Shown: one piece after another, positions 24,150 through 38,663 of the stretch | Layout: every line of letters starts with the position of its first letter | How positions within the stretch are numbered: position 1 is the stretch's first letter | Assembly (NCBI GenBank): GCA_964035545.1 | Contig: OZ037768.1 | Coordinates: 20,753,700 to 20,817,699 of the forward strand | DNA length: 64,000 nt | Direction of reading: 5' to 3' | From: Bugula neritina | Taxonomy: Eukaryota > Animalia > Bryozoa | Notes under the pieces: generated by a model | The model's input: the letters and a program-made list of their open reading frames with translations, nothing else | The model's database searches: none | What the model was told of the DNA's origin: nothing | Translations under genes and position numbers: made by a program

Positions 24150-27100
24150 CCCAATGCTCTGTTCTATAAATATGTTTTCACTTGGATTTTGCATCTTACT
24201 TTTAAAAAGTTGCAACCTGACCAAACATACAGTTAGGACACTTTTCTTGCATGTTTTCTTTGGTGAAAATTATTGGTTTAGTTCTGGAGAGCCTTTGATT
24301 AGGCTGAAGTGAACAATATTGAGAAACATTGATAAATGCTGACCTCCAGCCTTCTGCAGACCACCAGCTGAGAGCCACTACACGATATATAATAATTGTA
24401 ACCCCCCAGCCATTCCAACAATGTTATATTTCAGTTACAAAGTTATCAGGTGCTGGTCATGTGTGTAGAAAGTTATCATGCAGAGCTGATAGTCAGGCGT
24501 GTCTTAGCAGAGCGTTGGTCCACATAATATTTACAAAATATTAGCACTTTGAATGAAATGTCTTACAGCCATGCAGAGACATAATTGCATAATCAATATT
24601 GGTGTAATAGAGCATACGATGCATGAATTAATGGTTAATTCAATTATCGTATTGTGAGGATGAATAAGAAGATGGGAGTGTGTGGGCAAATCATCGTACC
24701 CTTGCATCAGTTATTTTCAGATTGTAGTTTCAGATTGTATTTTCAAACTTTCCACTCTAATTGGATTACAATCAAAAATAATTTTACGATGTAAACCCTT
24801 ACGTAGGCATAAGAAACAAAGATGGCCACAGATAGCTTGCAACATGTTGTCAATACTAATTAGCCAAGACACGGCTAAACATTTTAGAAGCAAGCAAATT
24901 AATTGTAGGCCTATTAATTATATTGATTCTCTTCTGTGAATAGTAGTTAGAAGGTGCCAGCGATACTCCTGTTCTCCATGTACATTTATAGTGATGAAGT
25001 CAATGCTTACGCACTGCCGTTTTTAGAAAAAGTCTTTTACTTTAATTGACTAGTTTTCTTGATCTGAATTTTGAGCTCAGCGGAATATATTGCTGCCATT
25101 TAATGAATGAACTAGCGTTGATTACTTGATTATATTCACTTTTATTTCCTGGACAGTAAGCTAACTTTTGACCTAATTAATTGAAATATACTTCTTTCAA
25201 GAATAACCATAGTGTCTGTATTTTAAGGTAAGAATATATACAGCTACTAAATAAATATACTTTCGCATCCGGATGTGTTGTAATTACGTGTAGAGAATAA
25301 TTGGCTTATGAATAATAGATATTGTTGGCTTGGCATACTAGGGTAACTATATCTAATAGCAAAATTACTATTAAGTATTTTATCCTTCTTAGCTAAGCTA
25401 TTCTTATTCCAATCAATATATTAATTTATTTCATTGTACGACTTTCAGCTATATCAAATTTTAGAAACAACTTTGCACGACTGTCTTGCAGCCTAACAAG
25501 CTCTACTTTGGTAAGTAGGGTATTCGTAATTCTGCAAATGTTTTTCTCTACGTGCTGGTAAACTATGTCGTGTACCAGCAAATAGTTTTAGGTGCACGTT
25601 GGTGAACTATGTTAATTTTGATACATGATTTTTAGCTCAAACGTAAATCAATGTTACAAATAAAATTTGGAAGCTAATTAAAGTACAAAAGTTTGGCTGC
25701 AATAACTAACCTGCCGAAAAATGTGTTTTATGATTGGACAGTAATGGAATGTCATTTAGTGACTGCAGTCGTGACTTGCTAAATACTGTAGTAAAAAGTT
25801 TAAATTGGGTAAATTACAATTAGAGTGAAAATTATATGTGAATGAATTTGCTAAAACGGCATTTGTTTAATCTTCAGAATACTTCGTATAGATAGAGTTT
25901 GTTCTAGATGTGTTAGTACAGATGTTTACAGTTCCAACCTGCTACCAGGTTACAAATTTAAACTACATCAATAACCTAGTATAGTACATTGAGGAAGCTG
26001 CAGTTTGAAATTATTTCGAATCTAAAATAAACTTATAAAGTGGAAAATTAAACGCAACCAATGAACAGTGAGTTTATTTAAATTTTTAAAAATAAAACTG
26101 TAATACCGTATGAATAACTCTTTTGGCTAACCTGAGTAAAAGAAAATTGAATACTAAACTCATGGAGTATTATTAGACACCTAAAACAGCAATAAGAATA
26201 AAGTTTTTTTACTCTATCTAATTAGTTTTGTGTCGCTCACCTTTGATCTGTTTGAGTTACATGTACTATATTTGTTTTATATCACTAAAATTTCCATCAT
26301 CGTTATAGGAATCAGATTTAGCAATGTACGTAATGAATTTAGAAAATAAATAATAATGCACATTTTTTTCCTTACAGGAAAATATTTGCATTTGTTTTTC
26401 TTTAAATTTAGACCCCTGGGATTTGGTTTGCTAACTTTGAACTTTACTCTTAGCTGATTGCTGTAAATGATAAATCGTGACAAATTATATATCAAACTCT
26501 AATTTAACTTGACACAGTTTTTTACAATAATAAAGGACTATTTCTCGCAACTGATGTGGATAGACAACACTAAGAAGTCATCTTAAGGTTTGTGCCCATA
26601 GCAAGCATTTAGAGAAGCTATTAGTTAAGAAAGCAGACTATTAGATCAACAACGTACTATAATACTATTGGCTATTACGTATTGTAACCTTTCGTGTTGT
26701 TTTTATGGGCATCAGTCTTACTCATGCATGAGTCTCAATATAGTTTTACACGTGATAACTACAAGCGGTAGTAATGTAATGCATAAGGTTTTTCTGCAGT
26801 TGCCGAAGTTATGAGCCTGCACAGCAAGTTCTTGTATATCCAGGTGAGTAGATCTTTAAATTGATGCTTAAATTTAGTTTTTTTTAAGAAAGACAGGCAT
26901 CTGTCTAAACTAGTCTTCATTACCTTTTTACTTGTCCAAGATATAAAGATATAAGATATATATAAAGATATAGTATTAAGATATGTCTTAAACTTTGATC
27001 ACGTTGCCATAACTTAATGCTATACAGTTATATGAGTCTGTTTTGTAAATTACTTTAATTGAGTATTTTCTGCAGAACGCAGTAGTAGAACGGTGCTTTG

Positions 27101-27431
27101 ATAAGGCTATTGCTATTAAGGGGTGGTTGGGAAACCCTTCACAATCTAAAGCTATTTTTATATCGTAAATTTAATGCTATGAAAGATTCTAACCAGCACC
27201 TTGGCTGAGATGCTGTATATACTATACATATTCTACAATATAAAAAGCTAATAATTTGTCTAGAAAAGTGCCATGTCATTTAACTTTATCTAAGTGATCA
27301 ACTATTTATGAGTGAAAAGTCTAGCAAAAGATGTACAAAAAAACTCACGCAAGTTTATAGTCACTATTCCTGCGAGAAGCTCCTGATGGAAAGAGTTTTT
27401 AAAGTGGGCTAAGAACTTATTTATATGTGAC

Positions 27432-27530
27432 ACAGGAGAAACTATGGCTGGATGCCCTTCCTAACATCACCAATGGCCTTTGTCGGGTTACGAACCCATG
27501 ACTTCGTGTTCCCAAAGCAAACGCTTTAAG
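27432..27530 (-). mobile_element. Fragment of a second tRNA-SINE family
   Basis: The minus strand has a tRNA-like 3' half (GTCATGGGTTCGTAACCCGAC) followed by GTTAGGAAGGGCATCCAGCC. This resembles a conserved core of metazoan tRNA-SINEs (from memory, not searched). Confidence 0.5.
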
Positions 27531-28005
27531 ATTTGTAGAAGCATTAGCAAAATAAAATTTTTTTAGCAGAATGTATAACAACTACATTTGCACTTTCTGT
27601 CAGGTAGCAAAATGTTACCATAGCGCATCTACAAAAAAATTTAAAGGTGAAAGCAATATGAGAAGACCAGCTTGAGGAATTTAAATGGGTCTTTCACAAT
27701 TTACAATTTTTTATTTCAAGCTTTCGAAATATATTAACTACCCTTCTTCCTCCCACACATTATTATTCTGAGTTTAGTGCCTACAACTTATATTATCTAC
27801 ATTTTCCATCCTATCTATTTAGTGTCACAGCTTTCAGTTATCTATACAAAAAGAAATGCTACATTACCTAAATTAACATTCACATAATAATCTATAAAAT
27901 GCTTTTAAAATAATATATCATGTAATACGTTAAAGAATGAGAAAATAAATTATTCAAATGCATTATACAATGATTTGGGACTGACATGCATGTAAGGTGT
28001 CAGTC

Positions 28006-28085
28006 TAGACATGCTCAGACATGTTCAGATATTTTCAGACATGTTCAGGCATGTTTAGATATGCTCAGATATATTTAGGTATGAA
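28006..28085. repeat. 10-bp tandem repeat (AGACATGTTC-like), ~8 copies
   Basis: Directly visible degenerate decamer array. Confidence 0.85.
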
Positions 28086-30072
28086 ACTGTGAAACCTGAT
28101 TTAAAATGACTGTTACATATACACAGATATATGTAATAGTAACAATCCTTTCAATTTTATGAAGGTAGGGAGGGATACTTTTACTTATGAGCCCGTATCA
28201 TTTTTTAATTAATTCTTAGCTTAATTAACTGCCACAAAATGTTAGAAATAGTTAGAAATAAAAGTAAAGTAATAACTGTATATTATAAGCTGTATTGTAA
28301 TCTAGTTTGTCATCTTATAGTAATCTTAGTATTGATCTTGTTTATGTATCTGCACAAGAATCTTATGCTTCCAGGTTGAGATGTTGGCAAATATTCAATA
28401 ATTAGCACTGAGCTATTTTGCTACTCCTAATTTTTCCCAACTAAAGACAGATTTTATATCTAAAGCAGCCTTTGACAAAATGTAGATATTTTAACTACTT
28501 TTTGCTAAAAATTATGCAACAGCCGTCAGCTTTGGAATTTGAATCCTTTAGTGATCATAAATAAGTCATAAAAATGGCGCAATGCAAACTGTATTGCATG
28601 GCCGATTATAATTGTCGTTACATCTGCATCAGCTGATCTGTCTCAAAACTTTATGGGCTGACATTTTTCAAACCAGTTCAAAATTTTATGATGCTAAATT
28701 GATAATAAAACACATCCTTCAAATAAAATGAACAAAATTCCATTTTATAGACAGCAAATTAAAATCTAATAAAAAAACAGTTGGTTTCAACTGCCAACTG
28801 CTAATACTTACTTGCAAAAAATAATTTATGAAGTGCTGCTGTATTAATCATCACTGCCACCAACTTTTAATCACTTGGCTACTTTATTTCAAGGGCAAAT
28901 AACTGCTGATGCTATAGATGTTCAGTTGAGCAAAAGGTACACTTAAGAACATGGAAATCTACTTTTCTATAACTTAACACATGATTTATGCATCTTATAT
29001 CCTGGCTAAAGTATTTAGGCCCATCACTATCACCTTCAGTGTATACTAAATGATTTTATTTTTGATAAACATTCCATATCAATTATTTAGTTGATTAAAT
29101 ATGCTGACTTCAGGAAAAAATTTCCTTTGAAAATGTGATGTTTTCAGCTGACTTAGTTGATTATTTATAGCAGCAATAAATTATTGATGCCTTTCAATGT
29201 TGCTGCTAATCCACACCTTTGTAGTTGTATTGATTTACATTCACTAAGTTATTAGTGTTTTGGGCTCTTCATTCTTAGTGTACAATATAAAGTCTTTAGT
29301 ATCTGTTAGCTGATATTTTAGTGGACATCCGGCTTACATGCTCTACTTCTTTTGCTGCCGCTGCCCATTAAACTAGTTAAATGATTGACTTAGAGAAGTG
29401 AAGCGTCTACAGTTATTACTTCGTGATTTCTTAATAATGTCTGTTACTTATTAATTTATACAAAGACTTTAGCTACAATGTAATTACCATTTGAATATCA
29501 AAAATAGAACTTATGAGGTGTATAGTCATATCTGTCTCTTTCTACAAAGTGTGAAAGTCAGCTTAGAAATCTTATGTCATATTTTTCTAATTTTAAAAAG
29601 TTTTATTCAGTTTTTTGAGCATTCTAACATTTTTTTGACTAGCCAGAACATTGTATGTATAACAGATATCAAATTTCTCTCAAGATGGTTATACACATAG
29701 AATGTTAGAATCTTAAATGCTCTTGTATAGCCTATAATCCTAGTTGCTTATGGGGCAGCAGTCCCATAGCACATACACCCTTCAAACTTACATGACTTCT
29801 AGTTGTTATACAAATCACTACAGTTATAGCACTGCTCTGGCTGTGTGTAATATTTTTGCATGTCTAATTAATAAAGGCAGAAAAATAAACTCATTATATA
29901 ACAGCAATATCAAATTGCAATATTTTCATTAATGTAATATATTGTTTATTCATCAGAATTATTATGTTTGGTTTAATTTTGTTGTTTTGGTTTTCATTTT
30001 TAGAGAAGTAGGAAGAGTGCCCACCTGATACTGATTGCCTGATATCACCTGAAAACATACCAAGGTCTAGAA

Positions 30073-33000
30073 ATGGTTGTAAACATAGCTGGGCTGATTG
30101 CTGTCATTATTTTCTACGTATTGATACTCGTTGTTGGAATTCTAGCTGGTAGAAAGAGTAAATCTACAGAAAACAATGTTGATAGTGAGGAGGTTATGGT
30201 GGCCGGGAGAAATATCGGGCTGTTTGTTGGGGTCTTCACAATGACAGGCAAGATAAACTATTTAAGCACATTTTAAAAACTGAAATTGATGCTTTGTTGT
30301 CTGATCAGTGTATGGCTGGCTGATGTGTGAACATTATAGAGCTAGACTAGTCTATTTATTATTAGTTATTCACAGCTTATTATAGCCTAGAAATTCATGG
30401 TATCTGCAGGAGCAGGTTGTGACACTTTGCATCAAGTGACAGCAGTAACAGGTGTCAAAACAATCAGTTATAATCATAGAAAGACCTGTATTTATAGATT
30501 TTTCTAAAGATAAATCTTTAAGGTGTTTCTATAAAGGTAATTTTAAATGCAACTTTAAATTTGGTTAACAACCAAAGCAACTAGACAGCATTATGTATGT
30601 ATCTATATAGTACATATAACTGTGTGCAATTTAAAAATGCTTGTTAACGTTATTGAGTTTTACAAAATCATTGTCATTTCTCCATTCAAATTGATGTGTT
30701 GAAATTTTCATTAACTTGGATTTGCTGCATGCTGATCCAGTGATGAAAAAAGAACACTTTTGTCACAGATTTGCAGAAAGATCTATATACTTACTGTTGA
30801 CAACTAGTGACAACCTTCAGCTAGTCTATGTTTAGTTAGATGCTATATACTATTTCAAGAACCATTTGAAGATAATTAAATAGATTTACTTGTATTATAG
30901 AAACTAGTGGACTAATCTAGTTAGGATTTTTCTTGATTAAACTATACTTTTAATGTCTGTCTCTTGTAATACAATTATTTACTAACATTAGGTGAACAAC
31001 TAAAGTATTCGAATTAACCAGAATCAGTTATTTGCTAATTTAATTTTCTTGTGAGACTAGCTTCATGTCCCCCCCTAACACCTGTCAGTCTAGTAAATAA
31101 TGGCTATGACAAGCTTCAAGTCAAGATGCCTCATGTAGTTTTATAGATTTGAAATATTTAAATATAAGAAAAATTGATGTTAGTCTGTAAAGTGAAATTA
31201 ACAAAACAAAATATACATATGAGAGTATTTTGATAACTCTCTATTTGTGATCTTTCCCACAGTTTTCTTCAATTGGAATATCAATATTATGGATAACCCT
31301 TGTTTATTGTATTAATAGCAACAAAGTTTTCGAAAACATAATTGCTATACTATTGAATTTCATTTTCATTTTGAAAAAAAATAACTGAACCCCCCAAACA
31401 TTTGTGTGCACTAAATAATATGCACACCCCGAAACTATTAAAAAACTGTTATCTAATACCGACGGTTTACGGGTGACATTTGCTACATATTAACAGCAAC
31501 ATGGGTTGGAGGAGGCTATATAAACGGAACAGCTGAAAGTGTTTACTCTGAGGGAACTGGTCTAGTGTGGGTGCAGGCACCGTTTGGTTACTGCCTGAGT
31601 CTCATCTTAGGTAAGGGAAATTATCTTTACACCTTACCATAAATACAATTTAAAGGCTGGTTTACAGAGAAAAGGTGAGGATTTACCAATGTCTATTATC
31701 AGGAATGTGCAACACAAACTATTATATTCTGTAAAGTAATGTGTGTCTAAAAAGTTAATTGTTAAGTTCTAATTAATTTAGGAATTACACTAACACAAGT
31801 TTTTGCAGTTTTGGTTTTAAAATATTAATTCTCAAAGTTTGCATTTACGACTAAACTAACAAGAAAATCTTCAATTAGTACTTTAATTTAGTGCAAGTTC
31901 AGAAACGATTTGCTAACTATTTAAACTTTATTATCTCTTACAATATGACATTAACCACGTTGAAAGTTATTTTACAGTATATGCTAACAGCAGTGAAATA
32001 GTGTTACATACACTATGCTTTATTTGCAATTTAATTAGTACCGGACTTTTAATAGAGCAGCTATGGTAAGGTCAAGGAGAGCGTAGCTATAAAAAATTGT
32101 ACAGACATCATGGCTATAGTAGTGTAATGACAGGTTATCAAGTAAATAATAGGTAAACAGCTGCTCATGTTCTTACATTTTTACTTGTCTCAGGTGGACT
32201 ACTATTCGCCAAGAAGATGAGAGAAGCTGGTTACGTCACCATGTTGGACCCCTTCCAGCAGAAGTTTGGAGAGAGAATAGGAGGTCTGCTGTTTATCCCA
32301 GCCCTCTGTGGAGAAATATTCTGGAGCGCAGCTATACTGGCTGCTTTAGGTAAATGTGTTTTAGCATATATCGTGACTGAAATATTTTATGTTACAGTCT
32401 GTATTTATTGAATGTTTATTTTTTACCTTAAAACATTTTCTAATATGACAAGCTACTACTATAACATGTTGAATAATATAAAATTAACTAAATGCATTTT
32501 TCACGTTCCACAACAAAGTAGGCATTTTATTGTGATGTTGATATCAATAAATGCTTTAAGTGATTAAATAAACAGATATAATATTATTTACGATGGTAGA
32601 TTTTTCCTACTTTTTTGTAACTTTTTTAAGTAAACATTGGTGAAAGGTGCACTAATAAATATGTCTCCCATTGTTGATAGTCTTGAACAGATATAAAACT
32701 AAAGGTGTACTAATTTTTTCCAGGTTCTACTCTTTCAGTGATCATAGGCCTGGAGCAAACCATTTCTGTGATAATATCAGCGTGTATTGCCATAGCCTAT
32801 ACGCTGTTTGGAGGCTTGTATGCCGTTGCATATACAGACGTGGTGCAGCTTATCTGCATACTTGTAGGCCTGGTAAGTCGGTTATGACTTATCTAAGAAA
32901 TCTTCTCATGGAGAGGGAAGATAATGAAGAAAGAGAGGGGGGTAAAGAGGGGGAGAAAGAGGGAAAGAGAGGGAGATGGGTAGAGAGAGATTTTTCAAAA

Positions 33001-36000
33001 AAAATAAGTAGAAGTGTACATATTGTTGCTAAATTTGCACCATCACTAAATTCTACCAAATCTTTTTTACTCTTAGTTGTTTAAAAATATGCAATTAATA
33101 TTGCTACAGGACTACGTATATTATGAAGGCTGTCATCAAATATATAATTATTTTATACATTAATTACAATACAGTTGCAATATCATAGCCTTGGTTCTTT
33201 ACAATTATTATAAATTATAGTGATACATTGAATATCCTGCACAATAAATTAATTTTATTGAAATTCAGTGACTATAGAAGGATGTCTCAAACATTGAAGT
33301 TATATATTCAAAACATGTTTTGTCGTGTTGTAGAAAAAGTTTGTCATGCAATTTGTTTTTATAGTATATAGTGACCATTGCATTCTGCAGGTTATATCAA
33401 CGCCATTTGTGATGTCTAATGAGCACGTCCTGCCTATAACAGAGACAGGGCGTATTAGTTCAGGCGTTGGATGGTTGGGACATCTAGATAAGGGCCCAGT
33501 AATAGGAAACTATATTGACACTGGACTTATGCTAATATTCGGTGGCATTCCTTGGCAGGTGAGTGGAGTATAGTATATACATGAGTACAGTTGTGTAAAA
33601 AGTTGCCTTCTCCTGTTAATTATCACTTAAATATCACTTTCAAGATGATAATTGAAGCTGCAGTTTAGTTATTGCAAGCAAACCTGTCTTTAAAGAAGAT
33701 TATTTTGACCCTATTTTATGGTATGCTTGCCATGAACTGACAATTATCAGTTAATAGCAAACTACTTTCATAATGCTATGCAGGTATAAAGAGTTAAAAA
33801 GTATATAGTTTTATAACTTAAATTATTAATTTCTTTAATATTTAAACATATATAACAGATTTAAAAATCTCATTTTCAATTCTAGTTATAGTTCTTAGCA
33901 AAAGAAGTTTTAAACCTTTTTGTGCGTAAAGTTTATTGTTGAACCCATTTGAATTTTAAAATGCTAATATGGACAGCAAAAACGTATACCTTTATAAGTA
34001 TAAATATGTTTTCCTTTTATTTATTTAAACAAAATTTAAAAACACATTTACATAAGTAGCTGCAGGATGTTTGAGATAACTTTATTTTGTTTAGATGCAT
34101 GATAAACTTTTTTATAGCTAGCTAAAGGGTTTGTCATTTTAACATCTTAAATGTTTGAACATGATACAATCCTGCTGCTTCTTTTCAAGTAGTCTATATA
34201 TGAATGTAATGCATAAGCATATTTCTACATTTTAGATATTTTCTCAATAGGTTTACTTCCAAAGAGTTCTTTCTTGTCGAACATCAGCGGGGGCACAACT
34301 CTTGTCATTCGTCGCTGCCTTCGGTTGTTTTATCATGGCAATACCTCCCGTGTTGATTGGTGCGGCATCTTATGGATGTGGTAAGCTGTAGTAGTAATAG
34401 TAGCTAGTACTGCATCATGCATGCTGGATAATCATGATCCAACATCATTATAAGAACAAACAAGTGCAATGTAGATTTCTACAAGTTTTAAAGTACATGC
34501 ATTTTAGAAGATTAGAGTTGTCCTCTCTTTTGCATTTAATTTTCAAAGCAGTCATATTATAGTAGAATAATTTGAAAAGCTGACTAGAAGTTGTCCTCTC
34601 ATTCTTTACTGTACTTTAGCTTAGTTAAAATAAATACAATGTTTGTGCTTGTTGTGATTTTGAGGAAAAGACTTTCAAAAGGATGTAAATAATGACTATA
34701 ATATGTATGTTATATTCTAAACTAAACACACAGAATACACCTTCCGTTAGTATCAATATTTCTAACAATACTAAAACAAAACTGTTTGTTGTTAGACTGG
34801 GATGCTGTATTCAACGGCACAAGTCTTAATGGCACCGGTCCACCTGCCGCCTCTCTCATCCTCCCAATGGCTCTACAGTACCTAGTACCACCTGCTGTGT
34901 CTTTCATTGGACTAGGAGCTATATCGGCAGCTGTGATGTCATCAGCTGACTCCTCTATACTATCTGCCAGCTCCATGTTTGCAAGGAACATATACAAGCT
35001 GACCATAAGGAGAGGGGTAATCTTTATTAGATAATTATATATGACATTGTGATGTTGTTCTACTTTACTTAATATGTTTTTCATTTAAAATTAATAATAA
35101 ATTACTGCGCCCGTGCGTGTGTGTGCGTGTGTGCATGTGTTCGTGCGTGTGTGTGTGTGTGTGTGTGCGTGCAATATACTTTATTATAACATCTTGCATA
35201 TTGTGCACTATAAATAAAATATAGGATGTAAAATATGCACTGCATAATTTATCCTGCATATAATGCATTGTATATAATGCACTATATATAATATACACTA
35301 TAATATAATATGATATCTAAACTGTGTAATATACATTATGTATAAAATACACTGTATAATGTACAATGTACAGTAATGCGCCATGTATAATATTATAATA
35401 TAATGTATAAAATAATACTCCACTTATACATAGCATTATATCACAAATATTGAAATTTTTGAGTTTTCCTATAATCCTCAGTTTTTCAGGCAAGTGAGAG
35501 AGAGATAGTTTGGGTAATGAGAGGCTCTGTACTGGTGTTTGGAGTTATGGCCACAGTTATGGGTATTCTCATCAAGTCTATATACGGACTGTGGACGTTG
35601 TGCTCAGACCTGGTCTACGTCATTCTGTTCCCACAACTAGTGTGCGTCGTCTATGTTCCTTTTGTAAGTTGAACTAAACGCTGCAATGTGCATAAGTTTA
35701 TTTAATGCTAACTGTGCAATAAGATCCTGTAAAGGTGAACATTACACATTGACGTAATTTGGCGTTATATGTAATTATGCAGTGCATTGATGCTGAGTAT
35801 ATCAATAATAGTTGTGTGATGGTAAGACAACCACTCACTGCTCGGCTAACCCACTTGGCTACAATTATTTGTTCAAATGTAAAAATTATACCTATAAAGC
35901 AACCTTGATAAAAGGAAGTGATTCCCAGCTTATTAAACAGATTGTATTTATAAAACATGAAATAGAAAAATATAGAAAAATCTCATTCGCTGTTGATTAT

Positions 36001-38663
36001 TATGACTAAAAAACATACTCTTGTCAGTGGAATAGCTCCTAATTTGTCATTGCATAAAGTCAGCAATTTGGTGTACTGTAAGAAATTTCACCACTAGACA
36101 GACCCCTCCTCTAGTTCATTATAGCTGGCCTTTATAGTATTACTGAAAAGTGAATATTGCATAGTAATTACAAAACTAAGCAAATATATAAGACGTACCG
36201 TGAGTTATACATTTCATCCAAAAAGTAACAGTTACACTACTGAGTAATACAAAAGAAAAGCATAGATGAATGCTTTTGTACAAATCGATAAATTAATACA
36301 GGAAGCTTTTAAAATCAGAGTAGCAATAGCAGCTAGATTTATAATAAAAATAAATATACTAAATTAGCATCAAAAGTGTAGATTGCACTGAAATTGTCAA
36401 TTGATAAATTAGCTGTTTTTTATGTAACAGCTAGTAATTAACTAATAATTAGTCGTGTAAGATCATGTTGCAATACCATACTAAAGTAGGTTCTTCCAAT
36501 TGTTTAGTTGCAGTCCAACTGGTAACAGTTTAAAGGGAAGCATCAGAGAAATTTCAGCAGCCTAAATTCTATCATGCATCTTCTTTATGACTTTTCGTTT
36601 GGGGCACAGTTGAAATTTTTGTGAGAACATAACTTCTTTTGCTAGATATGGAACACAAGCTTCGTCTAAGTTCTTCAAATGTGAGTGTTCTCTATACATG
36701 TGAAAAGTAATTGCCCCCACTGGGAATCGAACCCGAGACCTCTGGCTTGCAAGCAAGTGTGCTAACCGTTACACCACGGGGACACTGGGTAAACTCATCA
36801 CTACAACATAAATGCATATTTTTAGGTGAACGCCTATGGGGCACTGGCGGGTTACATAACAGCTATATGTTTGAGGCTGCTAGGAGGAGAGAAGATCCTC
36901 AACTTCCCGGCAGCAATCAAGTATCCTTGGTATGATGAGGTGGAGCAAACACAGAACTTTCCTTTCAAAACTATGTCTATGCTGATTGCTTTAGCTGTAG
37001 AGATTGCTGTTTCTGGTAAAGACAATTTTTAGAATCTTTGGCAATTTGAGGATTTTTTAGTGTAGGGCCACACGACGCGTTTTACAACGAGTGTGACATG
37101 CGAAAAATCCCATTTAGCCCAAAAATTGGATGTTGCGTGCGGACTTTCAAGCCTCTAACATGCTAAGCGAGAAGTGCGACACGCTCGTGCGTGTTTGATC
37201 TAATTGGCTTATTACCATGTAATATTTAGCGAGTACATTTTTTTATTTTAATTTACGATTTAGCTTCTAGCGAGCTGAATTAAAACAGTTTTATATAGTT
37301 TGCATTTCCGCTTTTATTTAATATCCAAATCACTTTGCCGATGACGTAGTTTAAAAACAAACGTCTGCAGGCGAGCAGTAAAGTTTAACGCTAACATCAA
37401 TGGCTAATAAATTTTTGCACTCGCAACACACGCACTGTGTGTGGCAGGTCACTAGCATGTATTCTAATAGGATTTCTCGCACGTCACGCTCGTGTAAAAC
37501 GCGCCGTGTGGCCTTACACTTAACGCGATACACTTTGCTTTTTCTTTTTAGCTTTTACTTTGTTACGCATTTAATTTGTTACAAAACCAAATTGATTAAC
37601 ATTTTAAACCAAGCTATTTCAAATTTTTATCACTTATACAAAAAATATTGTCTAGTTGACTTCACTTTTATACCTTCTCTGTCTGTCTGTCACTTTACAT
37701 TATATTAGATCATGTTTTACCGTGTATTTTGGTAATAATTTGAATACATTTTGTAGCATTATTCAAGATGCTGTTTGAGACGGGAAGATTGCCATCTAGA
37801 GTTGATCGACTAAATGCCGTAGTGAATGAAAGAGAATTAAACTTATATATAGCTTCAACCAACGGCAAATTTACTGCTCCTGATTCAAATGAGCCGGTCG
37901 GGCCGGACATACTTAGAGCTGCTGATATAGTTGAGTCTCCCAGGCATGAAAATGGAACTAAGGTTAGCCTTAAGAATTCACTCATCTTTCAAACAAAATT
38001 GTTATTCTATTTTGTATAGAATTTAAAAGTTGAAAATAGTCGCTAGTGAGATGAGCAGTCATTGCATAATAAGGAGTTGCCTTCTTCTTTCAAGTTTTGA
38101 AGCATTTTGCTAATACATGTAGCTGTATTTAGTCAGGATTTCTGCTCAGTTGGAATTTTTAGTCACATGTTTAATTTTACAGATGTACATGCTTCAACAT
38201 GTTTCCTTTAGTAATACACCTAATTTTATTTTATATAATATAATATTATATTAAATTATAAAAATGAAATTATTGTTCCTATATTATACATATTATATTG
38301 CATTATATATTACAATACATTGTATTATACTGAATCTACTTTATATAATACTGTGTGAATTGTTTTTATTTATATATGTTATTTTGTTATATTACAGTAC
38401 ACAGGCAATTCATATTAATTGGTTAGTGCATTGCAGTGAACATGCACCCAGAATGCTTTGTATATAACTTTCAACTAAATTCATCTGTTGGCAAAACCAA
38501 TGTTTTACTCACCAAATTAAAAGAATTAATGCAACTCTTGTGGTTTCAGATTGAGCTAACTGGATATAACTCAAAGTACGGGGCAGTATATAGCAACACA
38601 GAAGCAGATAAACTCATTACTTCGTCACCAATAACCAAAAATAACCATGCTCCACAGCAATAG
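30073..38663 (+). CDS. SLC5A7: High-affinity Na+/choline cotransporter (CHT1, SLC5/SSS family), 598 aa
   Basis: 11 coding exons: 30073-30247, 31497-31610, 32194-32349, 32724-32872, 33391-33558, 34251-34380, 34796-35016, 35490-35663, 36826-37015, 37757-37962, 38550-38663 (1797 nt, open frame). Diagnostic CHT1 motifs: [95 protein letters not shown]. Confidence 0.96.
35110..35172. repeat. (GT)n/(GTGC)n microsatellite
   Basis: Directly visible in an SLC5A7 intron. Confidence 0.9.
36613..36783 (-). mobile_element. tRNA-derived SINE (tRNA-like head 36712-36783) or pseudo-tRNA in an SLC5A7 intron
   Basis: The minus strand reads GTCCCCGTGGTGTAACGGTTAGCACACTTGCTTGCAAGCCAGAGGTCTCGGGTTCGATTCCCAGTGGGGGCA. 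It has A and B boxes and pairing acceptor and D stems, but a 6-nt anticodon loop and mismatches in the anticodon and T stems. A degenerate relative lies at ~21835-21908. The 3' end is approximate. Confidence 0.7.
37064..37515. mobile_element. MITE with ~50-bp TIRs (PIF/Harbinger-like ends) in an SLC5A7 intron
   Basis: The left end AGGGCCACACGACGCGTTTTACAACGAGTGTGACATGCGAAAAATCCCATT pairs with the right end AATAGGATTTCTCGCACGTCACGCTCGTGTAAAACGCGCCGTGTGGCCTT. It is CpG-rich compared with the flanks and has no transposase ORF. The superfamily assignment is tentative. Confidence 0.8.

Noticed and set aside
32671-33084. 137-aa ORF with a charged EREGGKE region
   Set aside because: It is an off-frame read of SLC5A7 exon 4 running into a purine-rich intronic tract.
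36712-36783. Functional tRNA gene (Ala/Cys-like)
   Set aside because: The anticodon loop is 6 nt, the anticodon and T stems have mismatches, and a degenerate paralogue exists at ~21835. This fits a SINE head better.
16673-38663. Functional link between Kunitz (toxin-like) genes and the neighbouring choline transporter
   Set aside because: Adjacency in an animal genome is not evidence of a shared pathway, and no shared regulatory or structural signal was seen.
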